A stretch of 20,216 nucleotides of DNA from an uncultured virus (IMG/VR IMGVR_UViG_3300025286_000007) (IMGVR_UViG_3300025286_000007), one strand, 5' to 3'. Shown: positions 5,353-15,035, counted from the first letter of the stretch. Made by a program: numbers and translations. Notes: generated by a model from the sequence alone, not told the origin.

Positions 5353-6768
5353 GTTTCAAATCAACCTCTCTAACTGAGCCTGTCTGATCACACAGATTAG
5401 TATATTTCTAGATGTAGTTTACTTATTTAGCTGCTGCATCCTACATCTTTGTGTTGCTCTTACTTAAACCTTCTAATAGATTTTACTAACCTGTTTAACT
5501 CTTCTGATTCCTGCAACTTCTGTAGCCTGTACTAAGCTTTTACGAATCTTTATAACTAGTTCTATAGTCTAGATTTTACGTAGTTTACTTATTACTTTAA
5601 CTTATATATATAGATAGTTAATCTCATTTCGTTTCAAGTCCAGCCCTCTCAGCACCACCACCATGCTTACTGGACATGGTGTGTCTAGTCTCTTAGCTAC
5701 TTGTCTAGCTGCTTAGTCTACACTCTCCACACCTCTTACTTATATACTCTAGTAAAATTCTGTCTATGTACATACTTATTCTCTGATCCCTGTGGTCTCT
5801 ACATCTTATCCTAGTCTGTCTCTAGTCTCTATAACTAGTTATCTAGCCTAGACTTTACTTAACTTATCTATTACCTTACCTTATATACATAGCTAGTTAA
5901 TCCTATTTCATTTCAAGTCAGTCACTCTAGCTGACATCTCTTGTACACTCTGGTCACCATGCTCCTAGACTCTCTAGCTATCTAGCTTGCTAGGCTCTAG
6001 ACTCTCTACCTCCTGTGCCTAGACTCTCTAGTGACCTCTGGCTATCTGTCTAGCTCCCACCGATCTCTGTAGTCTCTGTAGCTCGTCCTAGCCACTCTCT
6101 AGGCTATCTGTAGATAGCTCTCAGGCTCCTGTACCCTCCTGTAGCTAGTCCTACGCTGGGCTGTTCTTATCTTTACTAACTCTATTTCGGTTTCAAGTTG
6201 ACGCTCTAGACGACCATGCCTGACCACCTGACAGCTAGCCTCTGTGTCCACCTAGCTAGACAGTCAGCCTCAGTCTCTACACACTGAGACCCTGATGTCT
6301 GTGACCGTGACCCTGCTGTAGATGTACACGCCTACACCCACATCTCCTGTGTCCACTAGTCACTAGCCTACTTACTTGTAGCTGACATAGCTTAATCTCT
6401 ACAGTGTACACCAAGCTCCTAGCTCTTGTCAACTTGGCCTAGACTCGTCTTATCTTAGCTATTTCGGTTTCACTGCCCTGCCTCTCAGCAGCCTCACAGA
6501 CACCTCTACACACCACACTCTGCACTCAAGGCTCTACACTCTGTCTACATGCTCTACACACTGCCTACACACCCTACACAGCACACCCACAGCAGCCTAG
6601 CTACCTGCCTGACACCTCTACCTGACAGGCTAGTCAGCCCTCACTCTGCCAGCAGCACCTCTAGGCTAGGCTCTCTAGCTGGCCCTGACCCTCCACAGGC
6701 TCCCTGTCCACAACACCCTCTTGAAGGGGGTGGGGGTGAACTGGTTTCAAGTCAACCTCTAAAACTGA
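5353..6768. repeat. Degenerate ~278-bp-period array with a GTTTCAAGTC core
   Basis: Cores begin at 5353, 5631, 5910, 6190, 6467 and 6744 (spacings 278, 279, 280, 277, 277). Confidence 0.85.
6403..6432 (-). promoter_or_regulatory. Candidate sigma70 promoter inside the array
   Basis: Minus strand: TTGACA (6432-6427), 18-bp spacer, TACACT (6408-6403). Confidence 0.5.
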
Positions 6769-6805
6769 CTCAAGCCTGTAAATATACCCCCGTGGGTCTA
6801 GACGA

Positions 6806-6942
6806 TTAAATAACTTTAACTAGTTATAGTTTCAACTAATAATTATTTCTTTCTAACTAATAACTAACTAATTAATAATAAGTAAGTAACTAATTAAATA
6901 ACTAAAAAACTTATTCGTTTAATAATATATTATAATCTATTA
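6806..6942. other. Very AT-rich tract with TAACTAA repeats (candidate DNA-unwinding element)
   Basis: Few G/C bases; TAACTAA recurs around 6833-6905; adjacent to the array. Confidence 0.5.
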
Positions 6943-7115
6943 CGATGAAGGGGGGTGTCTTAAAAAGTTAGCTTGTTCCTTTATATAGACCCCCCGGTTA
7001 TACTATTATGTTTCCTTGTAGGTAACCATTAATCTAGGGTACTATTTACCAAGACTATTTTTTCAAAACGTCCTAGCTAAATTTTTGTAATTATAAAATA
7101 AAACCCTATTTGAAG

Positions 7116-7123
7116 AGTATAAT
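7116..7123 (+). promoter_or_regulatory. AGTATAAT -10-like promoter element
   Basis: The same octamer occurs at 7735-7742 and 15028-15035, each 30-52 nt before a gene start. Confidence 0.55.
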
Positions 7124-7152
7124 GTAGTAAGAATCTTGCGAAAGGATAGATT

Positions 7153-7431
7153 ATGATGAGTAAAGGTAGTAGGATCAGAGAAGTTTTGACAGACGAGGAA
7201 AATGGTGGTATTCTGTATGAGGATATGGATGATGCTTTAATCGGCATTTATAGAACTCAATATGGGGCATCATTAGGAATATACTCGTATGTTAAGTATA
7301 CAGAACTTCTTATTAATAATAAGGGGCTGTCAGAAGAGGACGCAGTAGAATACGCTGATTCTCATGTATATAAAGGTATAGTTTCTTATGATTCCTATCA
7401 TCCATTAATTATTGATGACACTGGCGTTTAA
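7153..7431 (+). CDS. Conserved-looking acidic phage hypothetical protein (DDALIG...SEEDAVEY)
   Basis: ORF track; RBS AAGGA; motif resembles a common phage hypothetical family (recollection, not searched). Confidence 0.85.
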   Translation: MMSKGSRIREVLTDEENGGILYEDMDDALIGIYRTQYGASLGIYSYVKYTELLINNKGLSEEDAVEYADSHVYKGIVSYDSYHPLIIDDTGV

Positions 7432-7443
7432 AGGAGGTTATAT

Positions 7444-7731
7444 ATGAGTACATGGGAATGGTTTCTAATCTTTTTTGCGGGATCAATGGTTGCAAATATT
7501 TTACTTCGTTTATTATTGGGTAAAGCTTACTTTTTACATAGGGTTTTAATTGAGCAGGGTTATGAAAAGGGGTATGATATTGGTTATTGGGATGGTTGTA
7601 CAAACATCAAGATGTACCACGCCTTAATGAACAAGAAGGTTCCTCCCGCTGATTGGTTAAAAAATACCATGGGTTCACGCCTCGATACACGGGATAAGGC
7701 GATAAAAGTTCTTAATAAAATACCTAATTAA
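7444..7731 (+). CDS. Small membrane-anchored protein
   Basis: RBS AGGAGG; hydrophobic N-terminus; GYEKGYDIGYWDG GxxxG repeat. Confidence 0.85.
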   Translation: MSTWEWFLIFFAGSMVANILLRLLLGKAYFLHRVLIEQGYEKGYDIGYWDGCTNIKMYHALMNKKVPPADWLKNTMGSRLDTRDKAIKVLNKIPN

Positions 7732-7734
7732 AGT

Positions 7735-7742
7735 AGTATAAT
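7735..7742 (+). promoter_or_regulatory. AGTATAAT -10-like promoter element
   Basis: Intergenic, upstream of RBS AGGAG 7784-7788. Confidence 0.55.
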
Positions 7743-7793
7743 ATAGTAGTGCTGTTGATTCAGCATATAGCTGATCTATGTTTAGGAGATACT

Positions 7794-10700
7794 ATGTCGC
7801 GACTTACAGACATTTATAATAGTCTTATGGATGATCCAGATATCGTTCCACCAGCTAAAATATCCAAAGATGAATATGTTTTGAATATGGCTCGACAACG
7901 TATTCAACAGAGTGAAAATAATGCTGAAGCGTTGGAGATGGGTTTTGTTAAGACTAATGGTCATTTTTCTAATGGATATTCCAACAATGGTGGCTCTCAG
8001 TCTGCTGTAAATAAGCTTGCCGCTTTTGTGAACCTGCCGGAGGCTTCGCCTGATACAGATATATTATTGGAAAAGGCGAAAGAACCACAACATTTCCACG
8101 AGGATGCTTTACAATATCTTCTAGACAGGAACTATTCAAACGCAGTTATAGAGCAACTTCGTAAAGATCATCCACCTATGGCGACTTCTTCGGGTAAACC
8201 TATTCTGGAAATAAGTCTTAAGGATATAGCAAGTATTATCCCAGATAGGATGGCAGTAAGTGACGATGCACGAATAGCTGGAGAGGAGCGACCTACGGCT
8301 AAATCGCATCCAGCCATGTTTAAACCTGCGGCTAAGCCTAAGACCGCCACATCTGATGTTCCAGAGAAAGTTACATCTAAGAAAAAAGATGGGGTAAAAA
8401 GTATATTCCCAATAAAATGGGAAAGTGGTAATAAGTATAATACTGATTTGAAGCTTGGAAGCCTTGTACGAAATGAACAAGGTGACTTATTTAAAGTAAA
8501 TCGTCTCAATGGTTATAATGTAGAACTTGATGGCATTAATGAGAAGGGCCAATCCAGAGGATCAACGAGTAATATTACTATTAATGTAGACCCTTCTGTC
8601 CGTAAACAAGGAGACCCTTTCTATTATCCTCATAAAATAGGAAATATAGATAATCATAATGATTTATTAGATGTAGGAACTCAAGCTAGGGTGGATACGG
8701 ACACATCCCCTACAGAGCAGGAGTCTACTCAACCTGAAGTTACGCCTGATAAAGGGGAAGACACCGATGAAGGAATTGAGCCTCTAGATGCAGATAGTAC
8801 ACTTCCTCAAATCCAGACTTTGGAGGAGATTGCGGAACTTAATACCACTCAATTAGAGGCTGCACTGGTAGCTAAAGGGTTTGATAGAAATCAAATCGGT
8901 AAAATAGCAAAGATGAAAGGGCTTCAAACGGATGGCTTGCTTGACCAAGAGAAATATAGGCAATATTTACAGGAAACACTTGCAAAAACTGTTAAAACAG
9001 CACAAGAAGAAGCAGAAGAAGCAGTGGTAACTGAGGCTAAACCTGAATCTGCTCTTGATGCTAGATTAAAAGAGATTGACCCTGCCTATAATAAAGCAAC
9101 GGTTATAACCAGATTGAGCAGCTTGTATGGAGGTGGGTATAGACTTTCCGAGTTAGAGGGTATGTCTGATGATGAGTTAGTAGCTAGGGTTAAGATAAGT
9201 TCGGAAGATATTTCTCATAGCAGAAATGACATTGAACAGGTGGTCAGCCGACAAAAAAGTGGAGACAGGCGGCTTAGGGCTGCTGGATATACTCAAGAAA
9301 ATATAACTGAAATGTCAGATAATATGAAAAATACGCTGCTTAATCACCTTGATGAAAACCCAACTTGGAAAAGAGGCGACATTGATGCTGCCATTAAGAG
9401 AGAGGGGGTCGCTGCGGCTGCAGAGGGGGCCGCTGCGGATGCAGAGAGGGCCGCTGCGGCTGAATCATCTGCAGGGGAAAAGACACCAGCTACTATTGAA
9501 GGCCCACTTGAGCCAGAAGACCCAAAGAAACAACTGTCAGACAAGGCTAAAGAAGAGCTTTCTAGAACGATTTCTGATACTGGTTTAGAAGCTCTTTTAG
9601 GTAAACTTGGAAAAGGTAGGGAGCAACTTTTTGACCCTATGGGAACGCCCATGCTTGAAAGTAAGAAGAATGACAAAGGTAAGGTCATAAAAGGTACGTG
9701 GGTAGATAGGGATGGAAATGAATATAGTAAGATAAAAGGCAAATACATTGACTCGCAAGGAAACGAACCGAAAGATGGTGAATATGTAGGCACTGTGGCG
9801 CAAGCTCAGGACTATATAACGCATCTTAAAGAGTCAGGTCATCCACATCATGAACATTTTAGTGAAATAAGAAATATGGATATCCTTGATAAGGATGGTA
9901 AACCTACTGGAGAAAAAGTCGGGCAACATATAGACATAATGGAACCAGAGCTTGGTACTGTAATAAATAAACCACTTGTTGTAGAAACTCCTGTTGTAGA
10001 AACTCCTGTGGTTGAAACTCCTGAAGCAGATGCTGATGCAAAAAAGGCAGAAGAGTCAGGCGACACACCAGAACCAGAAGTGTTAGAAGCAGCAGAAAAT
10101 ATCTCTCCAGAGGTAGAGGCCATAGCTAAAACGCTGTTGAAAAGTGGTTTTGCAAAAAGAGTGGCTTGTGAGCGTGGGCTGACAGATAAAGATGGTAATC
10201 CTACAGAAATGGGTAAAGCCTTCTTTGAACAAATTGGGCCAATGGTTAACGAAGCAGTTGATCATTTTGAAAAACATAAAGACACGATTGCTACAAAGTT
10301 TAATAGGCGTCGTGGAATGAACTTCAGAGATAAAGAGGGTAATATTGTAGGTATAGGTAACAGTGGTACGTTCCTTAATCATCTAATAGATGACATGAAT
10401 AAGGTTGCTGTAGCGAAAGGTCTTCCTACATTAGAAAAAACGCATAATGATCGTACTGGAGAAGCTCTGACAGATAATGGAGTTCCTGTAGAGCCTAATC
10501 AAGCACCCGATCTTTCTGTAGTAAATGGAGAGATGGTTAGGAATAGACTTCTTACTAGTCGAATTGGTAATGATTTTTCGAGCGACCACGGAGAGTTTAT
10601 TGCAGGACTTGGTGGTATACAACAAATTGAACAAAGCATACTTGAAAATAAAGGAATGAATCCTGATACAGCAAAGAAAATTACCGAAGAAAAACTTAAG

Positions 10701-13700
10701 GAGGTTAAGAGTGGTATAGAATCTGATGAGATTAAGGTTGCTGACGCTGGCGAAAAAATTCATAACTCAATAAATGAAACTGTAGCAACTGATTATCCAG
10801 ACATTGCTGAAACTCCTCCAGATTATGGGAAACAGCTACCTCTGTTTGAAGATATGGGTTTTGAGCCTATGTCTACACCTGAACCTACTTCTGCGGCTGA
10901 CGCTGTGGCAAAGAAAGGAGTAAAAGCTAGGCAACGAAGAGCCAATTTGGATGAGGAAATCCATATTCCTAGTAAAGTTAGTGATCAAATAAAACCGCTT
11001 TTAGCTCATCTAGGACATGACGTAGATGCAATGACATCAAGTGATGTTATGAACACATTTAGAGAAGTCTTGACAGACCCAGATAAATTTGGTGAACTGG
11101 AGATAGCTCTTAAGGAGAATGAGGAGGTTAGGAATCAGTTCGTTCAGGCACATGTTGCAATGGAGCAAGCGGAAGAAGAAGACCCTAGACTAGCTCATGC
11201 AGGACTACCGGGTTTTGGTGCCGAGGTCGAAGATTGGGGAAAGATACCAGATAGAGCAGCAGAAGCTACACAGAAAATACACGAGAGATATAGAAGGAAA
11301 AATCTTTCACCACGAAAACGTCAGGTAGAAGACTTAAAGAACGTTATGCATGGAGACTTCCATGAACATCTAGATAATCCTGATGATATGTCAGATAAAG
11401 AAATAAAGGAGATGTGGAATAAAGAGGTACGTGATCCGAAAGCTCGGACTGCTTCCTCAGCATCTGCAGGAGCAAAGCCTACAGAAAAAGATAAACCGAA
11501 TCGTACTGCGGCTTTGGAACGATTAGCTCGATTACAGAATCCTGATTTGATTGGTGATGATGACGAGGTTCTTGATCAGGATGCAATGACCAGAGCCACT
11601 ACAAAACTTGAGAGGCATTATGATCCGTCCGTTGGCTTTACTCTTAAAGATATTACAGATGCTGTAAAAGCTCAAACTAATTTAGTAGCTAACCAAGAAG
11701 CTCAACAAAAGCAAGAAAAACAGAATAGGGCTAGAGGAGTCGATCAAATAAGGGCTGTCGCTGAGTTCGAGGACAACTTTCCAGACCCAGATAAGTGGGC
11801 TAAGGAACATGATGGTGAAAAAATGAGTCCTGAAATGGCTAAAGAACATTTTAGAGAGTTAATAGACTTTCAACATCGAAAAGAAAATTTCCAGCATTTC
11901 GACCCGAAATCCGGAGACCCAGAAAATTTTAAAGCTTTAAGAGAGCGAGTACATGAGTATGCTAATCTGAATCCTTCGGCTGCTAGAGAGATTGCCGAGG
12001 AAATTAAGTCAGCACAACGTAATGGTATTGACTTAGGGTCAGATGAATTTCTAGCTCATGCTAAAGAATTAAAGGAGACTGTGGAACGTGACGAAAGAAC
12101 CGCTTTTGCTAAGGCTAATCATAAAAATGAAAAACTTGCCCATGCCTTAGAGAATGGTAATTTCTCTAGAGGTTATGATAAAGATGGTAATGATGGGCAT
12201 CGTGGGCTAGATCATAATGGTGATCCTGAACATGATACCTCAGAGATAAAGCATGAAGATGCTAAAGCTCCATTAGTTCATGCTGTGGATGAAAATGGGT
12301 ATCCTGATGATAAATTACAACAACTAGTTAATGAAATACATGACGCTGAATTAGCTATACCTAAAGGTGATAGAGAACATCATGAAGCGGAAAGTAGTTT
12401 ACGTGCGGCCCATGAGGCAGCTAAAGTGGATGAACATAAAAAAACTACAGATGCTCATACTGCAAATACTGCTGGACGAGATCGGAACTATGATGAGAAT
12501 GACGCTAAATTTGATGCTGATATAGAGAATTCACATCAACGTCAGCGTGATGCGAATTATGCACGAGTAAGTGGTGAAGGGGACAGACAGAAAGTATTAC
12601 TAGATAATCATAAGAAGCTTATAAATGAAGCTGTTGATGCTCATGAGCGTCAGTTGGCGCAACACGATGGCAAGATAAAAAAGAAACAAGATGAATATAA
12701 TGCTTATCATCAAGATATTGATAAAGCAAATAAACAGCATAAAAAAAATGTTGGTGACGCTTCTGCAGATAGGATGAATGCTATTTATGAGGCAGAACAA
12801 AAAGCTAAAAAAGCGAGGTCTACAGCTAACGATCAACTTAATTCGATACTAGCCGAGCAGATAAAACAACATAATGAAGAAGTTGAACAGCATAACCAGC
12901 AAGGTATGGACATAGTTGTTAATGCAGACGCTAGTTTCGCTGATTTGGCAAAACAGCAGACAGGTCAACTTGCAAACTTAAGGAATAAGCTATCAAAAAC
13001 TTCGGAACAATTCTATCAGAAGCAGCAAGATGATTCGAATGTTGCTGCAGCTAGGGGGGCTAGTCCGGAGTATTTAGGTAATTTGACGCAGCAACATAAA
13101 CAAGAAGCTGCTGAATTTGATCGGGGTTCGCAGCAACAGGTAGCAGATTTACATCAGAGTCATCAAACTGAAATAGAAAAACATGCTAACAATCTTGGTC
13201 AAGAAGGTAAGGAGTGGACTCAAGCAGGAACTGATCTTCTTCTTAACCAGGCTGAAGAGAGACAGAAGTTAACAGATGATGGTCATGCTAGGATGGAACG
13301 TATAGATGCTGCCGTAGCACATACGGACGCTACAGCACGAAAAACTGAGAACGATGCTATTAATCAGTCTAGAGACATTCGTAACAAATCATTGCAAGAA
13401 GTTGCGGATGCGGCTGGACTTGAAGCTTTTATAGAAGACGATGGTGACGCTACAAGATTCGCAGATCAAATGAGACAAGAGCAAAGTTCTCATGAGACAG
13501 ACTCAGCGATTATTCGTGAGCAAATTCAAACCGACCATGGAGATTATGTTGAAAGTAAACGGCGTGGTTTTAAGAGTGAACAAGGAAAAATGTTTGCCCA
13601 AGCGACTAGGGCTGGAGATGCATCCAATGAAGAGTTTGAAAAGGAACGTGAAGGTCATATAGTACGTAGACAACGAGAAAATCTGTATGTTACTAATGAC

Positions 13701-15005
13701 TTTGAAATACTCAGAGATAAGATAGATAATTTACATGGTAAGCTTAAACGAGACGCTAAAAAGAATTTTAATGTTCAGAAGAAACGACTTGGTACAGATA
13801 AAAAAGTCTCAGATCAAGCCGCTTTAGAGAGAAAAGAGAGGGCACATGCCACATTAGACGAATATTTAAAGGATGATCCAGAGAAATTAGCGGCTATTAA
13901 AAAGAATCCTCAGCTAGGAGAGCATCAGGATAAAGTTCAGCAAGCCCATGAAGAGGCTGGCTCAGGGCCAACTGGCGAAAAAGATGCTAAGGGTGAAGAT
14001 AAGAAGCCAGAAAAAACTCGTATGGTTAAAGACCCCAAAACAGAGGAGATGAAAAAGCAGTATTGGATTCCAGGTAGAGGTAAAGGTTGGGTAGACGAAG
14101 ATACCTATAGGGCCTCTCATGGTCAGAATGCTGCTGCAGCTAAAAATAATAAACTGGTTATTTATCCTCAAGGCCACTTTGATGCAGGTCATGGACAAGA
14201 AGGTGATGAGGATTATAGGCCAATGTCACCACCAATGGCTGGACATGGTGCAAACATGTTCTCCATCCACACTCCTGATCATCCTGACGCAGGATTACAT
14301 GATGATGAATTAGATCATGAAGGTGTTATGGGCAGCCATTTAGGTAATCAGCCCGGTATAACTGATCACGAAAACTTTACAGCAAATGGCGCACCATTTG
14401 AGGTAGACCTTGATTCTGTGGGTCTACGGGGTATGGCTGAAGCTGCTGGTAAAGGTAAGGGACAGGCCCGTGATCCTGAAAGTAAAAGAGAAAAAATTGG
14501 AAGACAGTTTGGTGGAGTAGAAGCCCAACGAAGGGCAGGAACTGGAGAATTTGCTGCATATGGACAAGCAGCCAAAGCAGTTGGAAGAAAATTTACGGGT
14601 GCTTTGGATTATGTAAATAGTTTACGTGGAGAACAAGGACAACGACAATCTGCTGTTCAACAGTTTGCATCCCGAATGGGAAGTGGTGATGGAGGTGACA
14701 TAGGACAACATGTCGCAAATGCACTAAGAGGAGCTAGACAAAGAGGTAGAAAGGCACTGGGTGGAGTTTATTCCGGGGGATTCGCGCCTAAAAATGAACG
14801 CCAGGCAAAAGCAAAAGTAGAGCTATGGCGTAGACTACCAGGCTTTCTTAGAGAGATATATAGCCTAAGAAATCAAGAACATGCAAGACAACTTGATCAT
14901 ATAAGGGATATAGAAGATAGAAACGAACGAAAAAGTTCTATGGATCAATGGAGGGAATGGAGCAAAGGAATACATAGCGAGATAGAATCTAGACCAAAAA
15001 TGTAG
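7794..15005 (+). CDS. Giant (2403 aa) charged, largely helical or low-complexity protein; putative internal virion protein
   Basis: 7.2-kb ORF. Start moved to ATG 7794 (RBS AGGAG 7784-7788). E/K/D/A/Q/H-rich, one Cys seen, long coiled-coil-like stretch in the C-terminal half; no enzyme motif recognised. Confidence 0.9.
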   Translation: MSRLTDIYNSLMDDPDIVPPAKISKDEYVLNMARQRIQQSENNAEALEMGFVKTNGHFSNGYSNNGGSQSAVNKLAAFVNLPEASPDTDILLEKAKEPQHFHEDALQYLLDRNYSNAVIEQLRKDHPPMATSSGKPILEISLKDIASIIPDRMAVSDDARIAGEERPTAKSHPAMFKPAAKPKTATSDVPEKVTSKKKDGVKSIFPIKWESGNKYNTDLKLGSLVRNEQGDLFKVNRLNGYNVELDGINEKGQSRGSTSNITINVDPSVRKQGDPFYYPHKIGNIDNHNDLLDVGTQARVDTDTSPTEQESTQPEVTPDKGEDTDEGIEPLDADSTLPQIQTLEEIAELNTTQLEAALVAKGFDRNQIGKIAKMKGLQTDGLLDQEKYRQYLQETLAKTVKTAQEEAEEAVVTEAKPESALDARLKEIDPAYNKATVITRLSSLYGGGYRLSELEGMSDDELVARVKISSEDISHSRNDIEQVVSRQKSGDRRLRAAGYTQENITEMSDNMKNTLLNHLDENPTWKRGDIDAAIKREGVAAAAEGAAADAERAAAAESSAGEKTPATIEGPLEPEDPKKQLSDKAKEELSRTISDTGLEALLGKLGKGREQLFDPMGTPMLESKKNDKGKVIKGTWVDRDGNEYSKIKGKYIDSQGNEPKDGEYVGTVAQAQDYITHLKESGHPHHEHFSEIRNMDILDKDGKPTGEKVGQHIDIMEPELGTVINKPLVVETPVVETPVVETPEADADAKKAEESGDTPEPEVLEAAENISPEVEAIAKTLLKSGFAKRVACERGLTDKDGNPTEMGKAFFEQIGPMVNEAVDHFEKHKDTIATKFNRRRGMNFRDKEGNIVGIGNSGTFLNHLIDDMNKVAVAKGLPTLEKTHNDRTGEALTDNGVPVEPNQAPDLSVVNGEMVRNRLLTSRIGNDFSSDHGEFIAGLGGIQQIEQSILENKGMNPDTAKKITEEKLKEVKSGIESDEIKVADAGEKIHNSINETVATDYPDIAETPPDYGKQLPLFEDMGFEPMSTPEPTSAADAVAKKGVKARQRRANLDEEIHIPSKVSDQIKPLLAHLGHDVDAMTSSDVMNTFREVLTDPDKFGELEIALKENEEVRNQFVQAHVAMEQAEEEDPRLAHAGLPGFGAEVEDWGKIPDRAAEATQKIHERYRRKNLSPRKRQVEDLKNVMHGDFHEHLDNPDDMSDKEIKEMWNKEVRDPKARTASSASAGAKPTEKDKPNRTAALERLARLQNPDLIGDDDEVLDQDAMTRATTKLERHYDPSVGFTLKDITDAVKAQTNLVANQEAQQKQEKQNRARGVDQIRAVAEFEDNFPDPDKWAKEHDGEKMSPEMAKEHFRELIDFQHRKENFQHFDPKSGDPENFKALRERVHEYANLNPSAAREIAEEIKSAQRNGIDLGSDEFLAHAKELKETVERDERTAFAKANHKNEKLAHALENGNFSRGYDKDGNDGHRGLDHNGDPEHDTSEIKHEDAKAPLVHAVDENGYPDDKLQQLVNEIHDAELAIPKGDREHHEAESSLRAAHEAAKVDEHKKTTDAHTANTAGRDRNYDENDAKFDADIENSHQRQRDANYARVSGEGDRQKVLLDNHKKLINEAVDAHERQLAQHDGKIKKKQDEYNAYHQDIDKANKQHKKNVGDASADRMNAIYEAEQKAKKARSTANDQLNSILAEQIKQHNEEVEQHNQQGMDIVVNADASFADLAKQQTGQLANLRNKLSKTSEQFYQKQQDDSNVAAARGASPEYLGNLTQQHKQEAAEFDRGSQQQVADLHQSHQTEIEKHANNLGQEGKEWTQAGTDLLLNQAEERQKLTDDGHARMERIDAAVAHTDATARKTENDAINQSRDIRNKSLQEVADAAGLEAFIEDDGDATRFADQMRQEQSSHETDSAIIREQIQTDHGDYVESKRRGFKSEQGKMFAQATRAGDASNEEFEKEREGHIVRRQRENLYVTNDFEILRDKIDNLHGKLKRDAKKNFNVQKKRLGTDKKVSDQAALERKERAHATLDEYLKDDPEKLAAIKKNPQLGEHQDKVQQAHEEAGSGPTGEKDAKGEDKKPEKTRMVKDPKTEEMKKQYWIPGRGKGWVDEDTYRASHGQNAAAAKNNKLVIYPQGHFDAGHGQEGDEDYRPMSPPMAGHGANMFSIHTPDHPDAGLHDDELDHEGVMGSHLGNQPGITDHENFTANGAPFEVDLDSVGLRGMAEAAGKGKGQARDPESKREKIGRQFGGVEAQRRAGTGEFAAYGQAAKAVGRKFTGALDYVNSLRGEQGQRQSAVQQFASRMGSGDGGDIGQHVANALRGARQRGRKALGGVYSGGFAPKNERQAKAKVELWRRLPGFLREIYSLRNQEHARQLDHIRDIEDRNERKSSMDQWREWSKGIHSEIESRPKM
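9401..9463 (+). repeat. 21-bp in-frame tandem repeat x3 (EGxAAxA)
   Basis: AGAGGGGGYCGCTGCGGMTGC-like units at 9401, 9422 and 9443. Confidence 0.9.
9978..10022 (+). repeat. 15-bp in-frame tandem repeat x3 (VVETP)
   Basis: GTTGTAGAAACTCCT twice, then GTGGTTGAAACTCCT. Confidence 0.9.
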
Positions 15006-15006
15006 T

Positions 15007-15035
15007 TTGATTTTAATTTTTCTAAATAGTATAAT
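15007..15035 (+). promoter_or_regulatory. Promoter upstream of ORF 15068
   Basis: TTGATT 15007-15012, 17-bp spacer, TATAAT 15030-15035 (within AGTATAAT). Confidence 0.6.

Noticed and set aside
5380..6720. Hidden genes under TAG stop-codon reassignment
   Set aside because: Well-supported genes end in TAG (318, 575, 2545, 15005) followed by promoters, terminators or new RBSs, and the 7.2-kb ORF has no internal TAG. The standard code fits.
6726..6736. G-quadruplex at GGGGGTGGGGG
   Set aside because: Only two G-runs, insufficient for a convincing intramolecular quadruplex.
5353..6768. CRISPR array, since GTTTCAA resembles the start of many CRISPR repeats
   Set aside because: The period is ~278 bp rather than 60-75 bp, the conserved core is only 10-15 nt and degenerate, and no cas genes are present in the window.
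6549..6809. 86-aa plus-strand ORF
   Set aside because: No RBS; the low-complexity P/T/S/L/H sequence reflects the C-rich skew of the array.
7794..15005. Tape measure protein or virion RNA polymerase call for the giant ORF
   Set aside because: No hydrophobic or aromatic-periodic tape-measure repeats and no DxDGD-type polymerase motif in a credible context; left as unknown.
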